DNA of 64,000 nt from Kiritimatiellia bacterium (GTDB lineage: Bacteria > Verrucomicrobiota > Kiritimatiellia > RFP12 > JBMNHG01): NCBI GenBank assembly GCA_050950285.1, contig JBMNHG010000003.1, positions 740,337 through 804,336 on the forward strand. The letters run 5' to 3'. Positions within the stretch are counted from its first letter, which is position 1; each line of letters starts with the position of its first letter. The notes under the pieces are model-generated. The model saw only the letters and a list, made by a program, of their open reading frames with translations. It did not search any database and was not told the DNA's origin. The translations under genes and the position numbers were made by a program. Of this stretch, positions 30,987 to 40,582 are shown piece after piece.

Positions 30987-32784
30987 TCAGCGGAGGGCGA
31001 AGAGGAAGACGGGCGCGAGGGGGCCGGCATCGGGGGCGTGGACGGCGAGCTTTTCCCGGTCGCCCGCCTGGAGGGCGAGGAGGCAGGCCGCGGCGTGGCC
31101 GGCTTCGTCCGTTGCCGCGGGGAGCCAGCGGAGCCGCTCGGCGGCGGCCAGCTTGTCGATGCGGAATGCGGAAGGAGATGGCGCGCGCGGACTGTCCCTC
31201 CTCGACGAACTCGGTGGTCAGTTCGCCCTCGATGCCGCGGATTGGCCGGATGCGGCGGGTCTTGCCCATGTAGACGATGTCCACCTCTTCGCCGCGATGC
31301 AGGAGGAGCGAGTCCATGACGAGGACGTTGACGTCCGGGATGGCTTCCAGCGCGGCGCGGAGCGCGTCGGCGGTTTCGGCCGGCAGCTTCCGGTCGGGAA
31401 GGGCCTCCAGCGCGGCGGGGACGCCTCCGTCCCGGAGGGCGTCGAGCAGGGCGCGGCAGGCTTCGTCGGGGAGGGAAGATTCCGGAGGGGGAAGGGTTTT
31501 CGCCGGCGCCGGGGCGACGGGGTCGGGGGGCTGCGCCACGGGAGCGTCCGGGCTTTCGGGCGTCCCTTCCGCCTGCTCCGCGGGGGACCGGGGCGTCGCG
31601 GAGGCGGCGTCTGCGGAGGCGGCCGCCTCGCCCTCGTCGGCCTGCTCCGATGCACCGGGGAAGATCCGGAAGGGGAGTCCGAGCGGATTGTCGAGCCGGT
31701 CGTTGCCGAGCAGCACGAGCCACACGAGAAGGAGAATCCACAAGAGGAAGCGGAAGAAACCGCCGCCAGACCGATGGATTTCACTGGCGGCGTCCTCGAA
31801 CTTTCCGGCGGCCGCCGCGGTGTTCTGGGGCGCGCCTCCGTCGGCGGTGTCGGACGGGGGCGAAGGGGATGTCGCCGGGCTGGCCGGGGGGCGCGCGGAG
31901 GGCGAAGGTTCGACCATGCTGGGGCCACGCGCAGGGGCGCCGCGCCGGCGGAGGGGTTTCCCGGCGAAGACGGTTTTGAGATCCTCGATGGCGTCGCGCC
32001 AGCTGGCCGGGCGGTCTTCGGGACGGCGCATCATGAAGCGCGAAATCACGGCGCCCACGCCGGGGGGAAGCATGGGGACAAGCGTGCGGGGGTGGGGGGC
32101 CCGAAGCGTCTCCAGCGATCGGAGGATTTCCACGGGATCGAGCGTTCCGAAGGGCAGACCGCCGGTCACCATCGTGTAGAGCGTGGCGCCGAGGGCGTAG
32201 ATGTCCGCCCGGATGTCGACGGCCTGGCCAAGGAGTTGCTCGGGCGCGGAAAATTGCGGCGTGCCAACCACCTCGCCCGAAGCGGGGAGCGCGTCTTGTC
32301 CTTCAGGCACTTGACAGGCGAGGCTGAAGCCCGTGATCTTGGCCTGTCCGGGGGTGAGGCGGATTTCGGAGGGCTTGATGTTGCGGAAGAGAAGCCGCTG
32401 GCCGATCCAGGCGGCTTCCAGGGCTTCCGCCACCTGGATGGCCGTTTGGACGGACGACAGCGCGTTGAGCGGGCCGTGCACGGCATCGACCACCTCGGCG
32501 ACGGTCTTCCCGTCGGCCCACTCCATCACGGCGTAGGGTGTCTCCCCGGGCAAGTCCACCACGTCGTAGGCTTCCAGGATGCCGGGGTGGCGGACCTTCG
32601 CGAGCGCCCGGGCGATGGCGATGAAATTGGCGCGCACGGCGGGGTCGCCGGCGATGGAATCCTGGAGGAACTCCAGGGTGACCAGACGGTCCAGCGAGGT
32701 CTGGCGCGCTTTCCAGGTGACGGTGGTTCCGCCGGAACGCACGAGTTCCAGGATTTCGAAGCCGGGAAGGGAAGGGGTGTCCAT
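30987..32784 (-). pseudogene. Membrane Ser/Thr kinase-like protein, frameshifted near its 3' end by a 7-bp duplication
   Basis: Kinase fold (VRHPGIL, VMEW, GTPQFSAPEQ, DIYALG), Pro-rich linker, TM helix. TGCGGAA occurs twice at 31160-31173; removing one copy gives a natural C-terminus ending at TGA 30987-30989. Confidence 0.75.
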
Positions 32785-32851
32785 ACGGGGTTGGCGGGAA
32801 GGGTGGGGAGGGGAAGGGCGGCGGGCCGGGACGTTCCGGGTTCCGCGTGGC

Positions 32852-33523
32852 CTAGGGCCAGTCGGCGGGGAGGTGGTCGAGGACGGTCCGGACAACCTCT
32901 TCCAGGGAGAGGTTCGTGCTGTCGATGCGGAAGGCGCCTTCCGCCTGCCGGAGGGGCGCGATGGCACGGGTGGAGTCGATGCGATCGCGGCGCAGGATCG
33001 ATTCGAGGACGGCTTCCCGGCTTTGTCCGGCGCCCTGTTTCTCCTGGTTCTCGGCGTGGCGGCGCTGCGCGCGCACGGCGGGGTCGGCGTCGAGGTAGAA
33101 GCGCGCGGGCGAATCGGGGAAGACCACCGTCCCGATGTCGCGCCCTTCGACGACGAGACCGCCCAGGCTCTTCATCTCGCGAAGCCATTGCGTGACCTTC
33201 GTCCGGACGAACTCCATTTTCGCGACGGGGCTCACCGCCCGGTTGATTTCGGGGGTGCGGAGGGCTTCGCCGGGATCTTCGCCGTGGACCAGGCACACGA
33301 CCTGGCCGTCGCGCACGACGAACTCGCAATCGGCGGCCTCGATGGCGGCGGCCACGGCGGCCTCGTCTTCAGGGTCCGCCTTGGCCTGGAGCGCGATCCA
33401 CGCCATCAGGCGATAGAGCGCGCCGGAATCCACGTGGAGAAAGCGGAGGCGGGAGGCGACGAGGCGCGAGACCGAGGATTTTCCGGCGCCCGAAGGGCCG
33501 TCGATGGCGATGACATGGACCAT
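32852..33523 (-). CDS. cmk: Cytidylate kinase
   Basis: IAIDGPSGAGKS, DSGALYR, VVEGRDIGTVVFPD, RDRIDSTR. Confidence 0.96.
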   Translation of the reverse strand: MVHVIAIDGPSGAGKSSVSRLVASRLRFLHVDSGALYRLMAWIALQAKADPEDEAAVAAAIEAADCEFVVRDGQVVCLVHGEDPGEALRTPEINRAVSPVAKMEFVRTKVTQWLREMKSLGGLVVEGRDIGTVVFPDSPARFYLDADPAVRAQRRHAENQEKQGAGQSREAVLESILRRDRIDSTRAIAPLRQAEGAFRIDSTNLSLEEVVRTVLDHLPADWP

Positions 33524-33783
33524 GGGGAGTCTCTGGGAGGGCAGGGGAGGTTGGCCTTTGAGGCCAAGGCAGTGTATCCGATTCTTTCTTGCCCCGGCAA
33601 GTGCGGAATCGGGAAGCCGGCAACCGCCGGCGATCGGCAAATCGGTTGGCGACAGGGGCAGGTGCGCGGGGCGGGGGGGCCGGGACGGGCGTCGGCTCGT
33701 CCGCCCGGGATGGCGGGGCGGAAGCGCGGGCGTCCCCGCCCGCTTGCGGCGAGCCCCGAAGGGGCGTGCCCCCGTTTCCCCGA

Positions 33784-34914
33784 TCACACGGCGACGAGCT
33801 TGTACTGGCGGGTGCCGATGCCGATTTTTTCGGCGTGGGCCAGCTGGATCGACCAATCGGTGGCGGGGGCGATGCGGCCGAGGTTGTCGCGGCCTTTCAC
33901 CTTGCTGTCGCCGAGGGCGCTTCCCCGGATGGCCGGGGCGGCATTCACGGCGTCGACGCAGGCTTGGTCGACGGCGACGGGGTCGAAGCTGGCGAAGAAA
34001 CCCAGGTCGGGCACGACGGCGGCGTCGTTTTCGCAATGGCAGTCGCAGTTGGGGGAGACGTCCATCACGAGGTTGATGTGGAAACTCGGGCGATCCTGCA
34101 CCACGGCCTTGGCGTATTCGGCGATTTTCTTGTCGAGCAATCCCTGGGCCTGGCCGCCGCCGACGGGGGAGATGGCGTCTGTGGGGCACACGCCGATGCA
34201 TCGGCCGCAGCCGACGCAGGCCTCGGGGTCGATGGTGCATTTCTTTTTGCTGATGACGGGTGCGCCGTGGGCGCAGATGAGGGCGCAACGTCCGCAGCCG
34301 ATGCAGGCGGCGCGATTCACGCCCACCTTGCCGTCGTGGTGTTGGGCCATCTTGCCGGCGCGGGAGCCGCACCCCATGCCGAGGTTCTTGACGGCGCCGC
34401 CGAAGCCGACGGCCTCGTGGCCTTTGAAGTGGTTGAGGGAGACGATGATGTCCGCGTCCATCACGGCGCGTCCGATGCGGGCTTCCTGGAGGAGTTCGCC
34501 GCCTTGGATGGGCACGGCGACGTCGTCGGTGCCGCGGAGGCCGTCCGCGATGAGGATGGGGCATCCAACCACGTAGGGCCCGAAGCCGTTGAGCCAGGCG
34601 GTTTCGAGATGTTCGAGGGCGTCCTTCCTCGATCCGGTGTAGAGGGTGTTGCAGTCCGTAAGGAAGGGTTTCCCGCCGAGGGATTTCACCTTGTCCGCCA
34701 CGGTCCGGGCGAAGTTCGGGCGGAGGAAGGCGAGGTTCCCGCGTTCGCCGAAGTGGATTTTGATGGCGACGAACCGGTTGTCGAAGTCGATTTTGCCGAT
34801 GCCGGCCTTGGTGACGAGCGCTTCGAGTTTCCCGGCGAGGCCTGTGCCGAAAGGCTGGGTGCGCATCGAGGTGAAATAGACGGTGGACGGCTTTTTCGCG
34901 GCGGTCTTTTCCAT
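33784..34914 (-). CDS. DUF362 family protein with 2[4Fe-4S] ferredoxin domain
   Basis: AIKIHFGE, HFKGH, GFGGAVKNLGMG, two CxxCxxC motifs, CDC. Confidence 0.9.
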   Translation of the reverse strand: MEKTAAKKPSTVYFTSMRTQPFGTGLAGKLEALVTKAGIGKIDFDNRFVAIKIHFGERGNLAFLRPNFARTVADKVKSLGGKPFLTDCNTLYTGSRKDALEHLETAWLNGFGPYVVGCPILIADGLRGTDDVAVPIQGGELLQEARIGRAVMDADIIVSLNHFKGHEAVGFGGAVKNLGMGCGSRAGKMAQHHDGKVGVNRAACIGCGRCALICAHGAPVISKKKCTIDPEACVGCGRCIGVCPTDAISPVGGGQAQGLLDKKIAEYAKAVVQDRPSFHINLVMDVSPNCDCHCENDAAVVPDLGFFASFDPVAVDQACVDAVNAAPAIRGSALGDSKVKGRDNLGRIAPATDWSIQLAHAEKIGIGTRQYKLVAV

Positions 34915-34948
34915 GGTCCAGGGCGGGGCGTTGGGGGGTGGCAGGAAA

Positions 34949-36427
34949 TCAAGGGAAGGATTCGCCGGAGGGGCCGTAGTCGGCGCCGGCATTTTCGGCG
35001 CGGTCGGAGAACTGGGTGAAGTCGGCGTCGAAGTCCAGGTTGACTTCGCCGACGGGGCCGTTCCGGTTTTTGGCGACATCGACGATGGCGAGGCGGGGGT
35101 CGACGAGGGCGTTGGCTTCGGCATCCTTGCCGCCGCGCATGAAAATGGGGCGCCGGAGGAGGAGCACGACGTCGGCGTCCTGTTCGATGGCGCCCGAGTC
35201 GCGGAGGTCGGAGAGCTTGGGTATTCCGCTGCCTTCGCGGTCGGCGGAGCGGGAAAGCTGGCTGAGGAGGATGACGGGGACCTTGAGTTCCTTGGCCATT
35301 TCCTTGATTTGGGACGAGATCTTGGCGGTTTCGAGCTGGCGCCCCTGCTTGGCCATCTGGCTGCAGTTCATGAGCTGCAGGTAGTCGATCATGATGAGCC
35401 GGATCTCGTGCTTCCGGCAGAGGCGGCGGGCGCGGGCGCGGAGCTCGGCGACGTCGAGGCCGGCGGTGTCGTCCACGAACAACTTTGCGGCTTTCAGTTC
35501 GTTTGCGGCGGTGCTGAGTTGGCGGATGACCTTGTCGGCGTGGGCGATTCCGCTGTCCAGCTGGTAGCGGGAGATTCGGGCCCTGGAGCAGAGCATGCGC
35601 ATGGCGAGCTGCTCCTGGGGCATTTCGAGCGAGAAGATGGCGACGGCCTTGGGATTGGCGTGGTCGCCCTTGGCGGGGAGCCTCATGCAGGTCTGGCCGA
35701 GGGCGACGCACTCGCAGATGTTCATCGCGAGGGAGGTTTTGCCCATGGAGGGGCGGGCGGCGAGGACAATCACTTCGCCGCCGCGGAGGCCGCGCAGGAA
35801 CTTGTCGAGGTCCCGGAAGCCGGTGGAGAGGCCGGTGAAGGCGCCGGGACCCATCGACAGGAGGTGGACGAGCTGGTTGACCGTCTGGTCGACGGACTTG
35901 GTCCAGGGGAGGATGGAGCCGTGCTGGTGGTCGGTGATGGAGAGGAAGGCCTGCTCGGCGTTGCTGACGACGATGTCGGCGGAGCAGTCTTCTTCGAAGC
36001 AGGCCTTCTCGGCTTCGCGCGCGCAGTCGATGACGGAGCGCAGGAGGTGCTTTTGCCGCACGATGTCGATGTAGTATTCGGCATGGGCGGCGGTGGGGGT
36101 GGCGTCGATGAGCGACTGGAGGGCCTGCGCCCCTCCGACCGTTTCCAGGCGGTTCATCGACTGGAGGCGGTTTGCGACGGTGAGGACGTCGACGGCGGCA
36201 CCGGACGCGCCCACTTCGAGAATGGCCGAATAGACGATCCGATGTGCGGGGATGTAGAACGAATCCTCGACGATGCCGTTGACGGCACAGAGGTCCGGGA
36301 CGCGCTCCGGATCCTGGAAAATCGACCCCAGCACGCCCACTTCGGCCTCTTCGCTATGAGGCGGGGTGCGCGACGCGCCGGGCGGGAAGAAGCCGTCCCC
36401 GGTCGCAGGGCGATGGGGGGCGGGCAT
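34949..36427 (-). CDS. dnaB: Replicative DNA helicase
   Basis: PPHSEEAE, AARPSMGKT, IDYLQLM, LSQLSR, DLRDSGAIEQDAD, KNRNGP. Confidence 0.97.
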   Translation of the reverse strand: MPAPHRPATGDGFFPPGASRTPPHSEEAEVGVLGSIFQDPERVPDLCAVNGIVEDSFYIPAHRIVYSAILEVGASGAAVDVLTVANRLQSMNRLETVGGAQALQSLIDATPTAAHAEYYIDIVRQKHLLRSVIDCAREAEKACFEEDCSADIVVSNAEQAFLSITDHQHGSILPWTKSVDQTVNQLVHLLSMGPGAFTGLSTGFRDLDKFLRGLRGGEVIVLAARPSMGKTSLAMNICECVALGQTCMRLPAKGDHANPKAVAIFSLEMPQEQLAMRMLCSRARISRYQLDSGIAHADKVIRQLSTAANELKAAKLFVDDTAGLDVAELRARARRLCRKHEIRLIMIDYLQLMNCSQMAKQGRQLETAKISSQIKEMAKELKVPVILLSQLSRSADREGSGIPKLSDLRDSGAIEQDADVVLLLRRPIFMRGGKDAEANALVDPRLAIVDVAKNRNGPVGEVNLDFDADFTQFSDRAENAGADYGPSGESFP

Positions 36428-36430
36428 GGA

Positions 36431-36880
36431 CTAGTCCTCGACGACCCAGGCCTTGACGGTGACGGACACGTCGGCGTGGAGCTTGATCTCGACGTCGTAG
36501 GTGCCGAGGGCCTTGAAGGGCTCGTCGAGCTTCACCTGCGTGCGGTCGATGGCGATGCCCTGCGAGCCGAGGGCTTCCACGATGTCGGCCACGCCGACGG
36601 AGCCGTAGAGGTTCGTGCCGTCGATGGACTTGGCGCGGATGGTGACGGAGGCCTTCTTGATCTGGTCGGCCTTCGCGCGGGCCTCGGCCAGCTGGATGCG
36701 GGCCAGTTCCTCGCGTTCCTTGCGGAGTTTCTCGAGGCGCCGGAGGGAGGCTTGGGTGACCGGGGCGGCGAGGCCCCGGGGGAGGAGGAAGTTGCGGGCG
36801 TAGCCGTCCGCGACCTTCACGACGTCGCCGGCTACGCCGAGGTCCTTGACATCGGACATGAGGAGGATTTCAGTCGCCAT
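36431..36880 (-). CDS. rplI: 50S ribosomal protein L9
   Basis: LGVAGDVVKVADGYARNFLLP, LYGSV. Confidence 0.97.
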   Translation of the reverse strand: MATEILLMSDVKDLGVAGDVVKVADGYARNFLLPRGLAAPVTQASLRRLEKLRKEREELARIQLAEARAKADQIKKASVTIRAKSIDGTNLYGSVGVADIVEALGSQGIAIDRTQVKLDEPFKALGTYDVEIKLHADVSVTVKAWVVED

Positions 36881-36934
36881 GGCGGTGGGTTCCTTGTTGC
36901 CTGGAAGGGTGGATGGATGGACGGACGCGGCAGC

Positions 36935-37189
36935 TTAGGCCAGGAGGCCCATGTTGCGGGCGCGCTTCACGCCGCGGCGGATCTCGCGCTGCTGGCGGGC
37001 GGTGACGCCGGTGACGCGGGCGGGGACGATCTTGCCGAATTCGGTGACGAAGCGGCGGAGGAAGTCCACGTCGTTGATGTCGACGATGGCGTTCGGTTCG
37101 AGGTAACGGGTGCGACGGCGGGGTCCGCCGCCGCTGCTCGGGTATCGGGTCTTGCGGCCGGTGCCGCGGTTTTTGCCCTGCATACGCAT
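36935..37189 (-). CDS. rpsR: 30S ribosomal protein S18
   Basis: FLRRFVTEFGKIVPARVTG...KRARNMGLL; synteny with ssb and rplI. Confidence 0.95.
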   Translation of the reverse strand: MRMQGKNRGTGRKTRYPSSGGGPRRRTRYLEPNAIVDINDVDFLRRFVTEFGKIVPARVTGVTARQQREIRRGVKRARNMGLLA

Positions 37190-37237
37190 GGTTGTCTTCT
37201 CCTTGAAGGGATCGAGGGGTGGATAAGGGGGGAGCCG

Positions 37238-37702
37238 CTAGAACGGCAAGTCTTCCAGCGGCTGTTCGGAGTCAGCGCCGGGGTCGTACTGGGGTGGGGT
37301 GGGATCGGAGTCCGGAGCGGGACGCGTCCGGGCGTCGGAGGAGGCGGGGGCCTGCCCGGAGGAGCTCGGGCGCGGTCCCAGGAACTGGATGCGGTCGGCG
37401 CGCACGCGGATGCGGCTGCGGGTTTCGCCCTTCTGGTTCTTCCACTCGTCGTAGACGAGGCTTCCTTCCACCAGGATGGCGCGGCCCCGGGAAAGGTATT
37501 TCTGGCAGTGTTCGGCCTGGGTGTTCCAGACGGTGATGTCCACGTAGCAGACCCGCTCCTTGACCTCGTTGGTCTGGCGGTCCCGATAGGATTCGGAGAC
37601 CGCGAGACGGAGTTCCGCCACGGCGGCACCCGACGGGGCGCGCCGCAATTCGGGGTCGCGCGTGAGATTGCCGATCAGGAAAACACGATTCATCGAAGCC
37701 AT
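37238..37702 (-). CDS. ssb: Single-stranded DNA-binding protein
   Basis: NRVFLIGNLTRDPELR; C-terminal DLPF. Confidence 0.96.
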   Translation of the reverse strand: MASMNRVFLIGNLTRDPELRRAPSGAAVAELRLAVSESYRDRQTNEVKERVCYVDITVWNTQAEHCQKYLSRGRAILVEGSLVYDEWKNQKGETRSRIRVRADRIQFLGPRPSSSGQAPASSDARTRPAPDSDPTPPQYDPGADSEQPLEDLPF

Positions 37703-37761
37703 GGGGAATCCTCCGGGTGCGCGGCGTTCGGGCCGCAGGCCTTACACGATGGGGGGAAGGG

Positions 37762-38148
37762 CTATTCGTCGTCCTCGTCGTCAGCGTTTTCCGCTTCCGC
37801 TTCGGCTGCGGCGGCGCGCGCGGCGCGCTGGGCGGCCTGTTTGGCCAGCTGCGCCTCGCGGCGCTCGTCCACGGCGAGGATCTGCACGCGGAAGACGTCT
37901 TCAACGAGGTGGTAGCGCCGGGTCAGCTCCTCGATCTTGGCGGGGTCCATCTCGAAGCGGACGCGCACGTAGGTACCGCTGTCGCGCTTGGCGAGGAGGC
38001 GGGCGAAGGTGCGCTTGCCGAGGTTGCTTGTGTCCAGGATCGTGCCGCCGAGGCGGGTAATCTCGGCCTGGGCCTTTTCGATTGCCTTGTCGAGCGTCTC
38101 TTCCTTGGCCGCGCCGACGAAGATGTAAAGAGCATCGTACTTGTTCAT
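37762..38148 (-). CDS. rpsF: 30S ribosomal protein S6
   Basis: MNKYDALYIF...LGKRTFA; position upstream of ssb-rpsR. Confidence 0.92.
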   Translation of the reverse strand: MNKYDALYIFVGAAKEETLDKAIEKAQAEITRLGGTILDTSNLGKRTFARLLAKRDSGTYVRVRFEMDPAKIEELTRRYHLVEDVFRVQILAVDERREAQLAKQAAQRAARAAAAEAEAENADDEDDE

Positions 38149-38155
38149 AATGCGT

Positions 38156-38758
38156 TCAACCCTTGTGCTCGCCTTCGGGCGTTTCCGCCGTCCAGCCGTT
38201 GTACCGGTTCATCGCCTCGTCGGCTCCGGACCGGATCCAGCAGGCAACGGCTTCCGCCGCGGCCCGTTTGGCCTTTTCCACCAGCTCCGCCTCGGCGGGG
38301 GGCAGGCGTCCGAGCACGTGCCCGGCCAAATCCCTGCCGCCGCTGCCGCGGCCGATGCCCACGCGGATCCGGAAAAACGACTCCGCGCCAAGCATCTCGA
38401 TCACCGACTCCAACCCTCGGTGGCCTCCGCTGGATCCGCCCTTGCGCAAGCGCAGGCGGCCGGGAGGAAGGTCGGCGTCGTCCGCCACCACCGCGAGATC
38501 CGGGGGGGTCCCGCCGTGGTAGCGGAGGATGGGCGCCACGGAGGCGCCGCTCAGATTCATGAACGTCTGGGGCTGCACCAGCATCCATGGGCCCCCGGGC
38601 CCATGATCCACGCGCGCCACGCGCGCCCGGAACCTCGAAACGTTCTTCCATTCCACTCCCAGATCCGCCGCCAGAAGCTCCACGACCTCGAAGCCGACGT
38701 TATGGGGCGTCCGGCGGTATTCCGGACCCGGGTTGCCCAGCCCTGCAACGATTTTCAC
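38156..38758 (-). CDS. pth: Peptidyl-tRNA hydrolase
   Basis: GLGNPGPEY, HNVGF, TFMNLSG, GGSSGGHRGL, RIRVGIGR. GTG start inferred. Confidence 0.93.
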   Translation of the reverse strand: MKIVAGLGNPGPEYRRTPHNVGFEVVELLAADLGVEWKNVSRFRARVARVDHGPGGPWMLVQPQTFMNLSGASVAPILRYHGGTPPDLAVVADDADLPPGRLRLRKGGSSGGHRGLESVIEMLGAESFFRIRVGIGRGSGGRDLAGHVLGRLPPAEAELVEKAKRAAAEAVACWIRSGADEAMNRYNGWTAETPEGEHKG

Positions 38759-38779
38759 CGCGACGGGCTCCGGCAAAAC

Positions 38780-39454
38780 CTACTTCTTGTCATCCGCATC
38801 GGCCTCCTCCTTCTTGCCCTTGGCAATCACTTCGGGCTCGTTGGATTCGCCTTCCGCGCCTTCCGCGCCCTCCGCGCCCTCCTCCTCTTCGGCGTCGGGC
38901 TGCGCCACGGTCGCCACGGCGATGTCGCCGCGGGTCGTGATGACGTACTTGTCGCCCGGCGCAAGGTCGCGGACGAAGAGCGACTGGCCCACGGCCAGAT
39001 GGTTCACGTCCACGTCGAAGGATTCCACGATGTCGGTGGGCAGGCACTCGACGGTCACCTCGCGCAGGGTCTGCTCGAGCACGCCTCCGCCGACGCGGAC
39101 GCCTTCCGGCTCGCCCACGAGGCGGATGCCGATGGTCACGCGCAGGCGCTCCGCGAGCGAGACCTCGCTGAAGTCCGCATGGATGGCCTTGCCGGTCATC
39201 ACATCGTGCTGGACTTCGCGCAGGAGCGTGGTGACGGGACTGCCCCCCAGGTCGAGGGTCACCAGCGGGTTCGTGGCGGCCTCGCGGCGCATCGTCTGCT
39301 CGAACTCGTGCTCATCCAGCTGGATGGCGGTCGTGCCGCCGCCGATGCGGCTCAGCACGCCGGGGAGGGTTCCTCCGCGACGCAGGCGGCGGGCGGGGCC
39401 CGAACCTGTGCCGACGCGTTCCTCGGCCTTCAGTTTGATTTCATGGTTGGACAT
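38780..39454 (-). CDS. rplY: 50S ribosomal protein L25 / general stress protein Ctc
   Basis: ARRLRRGGTLPGV, REVQHD, HADF, EPEVIAKGKK. Confidence 0.94.
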   Translation of the reverse strand: MSNHEIKLKAEERVGTGSGPARRLRRGGTLPGVLSRIGGGTTAIQLDEHEFEQTMRREAATNPLVTLDLGGSPVTTLLREVQHDVMTGKAIHADFSEVSLAERLRVTIGIRLVGEPEGVRVGGGVLEQTLREVTVECLPTDIVESFDVDVNHLAVGQSLFVRDLAPGDKYVITTRGDIAVATVAQPDAEEEEGAEGAEGAEGESNEPEVIAKGKKEEADADDKK

Positions 39455-39485
39455 GTCTTTATCCTTTGTATCCTGCACAAAACGA

Positions 39486-40412
39486 CTACGACTCGAAAAG
39501 CGAGCTCACGGACTGGCCGTTGTGGATGCGCTGCACGGCTTCGCCCAGCAGCTCGGAAATCGTCAGCACCGTGATGATGTCGCCCGGATCCACGCGCAAC
39601 GGGACGGTGTCGGTGACCACCAGTTCCTGGATGTCCGACTCTTTCAGGCGCTCGGCGCCCTTCGGCGTGATCGTGCCGTGCGTGACCGCCGCGCGGATGC
39701 TCGCCGCACCGTGCTCCTTGAGCAGCTTGGCCGCCGAGCAGAGCGTGCCGCAGGTGGTCGTCATGTCGTCCACCATCACCACGTCCTTGCCCTCGACGTC
39801 GCCCACCAGGCTGAAGGATTCCACGCGGTCGCCGCTCAGACGCTGCTTGGCCACGATCGCCAGGCCCGTGCCCAGCATCTTCGAATAGGCGTATGCGGCC
39901 TTCACGCCGCCCGTGTCGGGAGAGACCACGATCGGATTCTCGAGGTTCAGCCCCTTGAGGTACTGGGCAATCACCGGCGATGCGTAGAGGTGGTCCACCG
40001 GGATGTCGAAGAAGCCTTGGATCTGCTGCGCATGGAGGTCGATGGTGAGCACGCGGTTCACGCCCGCCGCCACGAGAAGGTTCGCCACGAGCTTCGCCGT
40101 GATGGGCACGCGCGGCTTGTCCTTGCGGTCCTGACGGCCATACCCATAGTAGGGAATCACCGCCGTGATGCGCACCGGGGAAGCGCGGCGCATCGCGTCG
40201 ACCATGATCAGCAGCTCCATCAACATCTCGTTGGGCTGCCCGCACACGGGCTGTATCACGAAGACGTCGCGCCCGCGGATGTTGTCCACGACCTGCACGA
40301 AGGTTTCGCCGTCGGGAAACCGCTCGATCCGAATCGCGCCCAGGTTCGTGCCCAGATAGGCCGCGACCTTCTTCGCAAGCTCGGGGTGCGATGTGCCGGA
40401 AAAGATTTTCAT
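39486..40412 (-). CDS. prs: Ribose-phosphate pyrophosphokinase
   Basis: FPDGET, PYYGYGRQDRK, DLHAQQIQGFFD, VSPDTGG, VDDM. Confidence 0.97.
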   Translation of the reverse strand: MKIFSGTSHPELAKKVAAYLGTNLGAIRIERFPDGETFVQVVDNIRGRDVFVIQPVCGQPNEMLMELLIMVDAMRRASPVRITAVIPYYGYGRQDRKDKPRVPITAKLVANLLVAAGVNRVLTIDLHAQQIQGFFDIPVDHLYASPVIAQYLKGLNLENPIVVSPDTGGVKAAYAYSKMLGTGLAIVAKQRLSGDRVESFSLVGDVEGKDVVMVDDMTTTCGTLCSAAKLLKEHGAASIRAAVTHGTITPKGAERLKESDIQELVVTDTVPLRVDPGDIITVLTISELLGEAVQRIHNGQSVSSLFES

Positions 40413-40508
40413 CGTCGCTCTCGTCCAAAAACTCATGGCGGGGATTTCCCGCCACCATCAAAATGCCTCAAATCTGCACGCATCCCGTGGACGCCCGTCC
40501 TGACGAGT

Positions 40509-40582
40509 TGGTTGCCCGACCTGGATTCGAACCAGGACTCAAGCCTCCAAAGGGCCATGTGCTGCCATTACACCATCGGGCA
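40509..40582 (-). tRNA. tRNA-Gln (anticodon TTG)
   Basis: TGCCCGATGGTGTAATGGCAGCAC...CTTTGGA...GGTTCGAATCC...TCGGGCAACCA folds as a cloverleaf with encoded CCA. Confidence 0.96.

Noticed and set aside
33600..33783. GC-rich hairpins between the DUF362 gene and cmk as an ncRNA or REP element
   Set aside because: Single occurrence in the window, and short stems are expected at this GC content.
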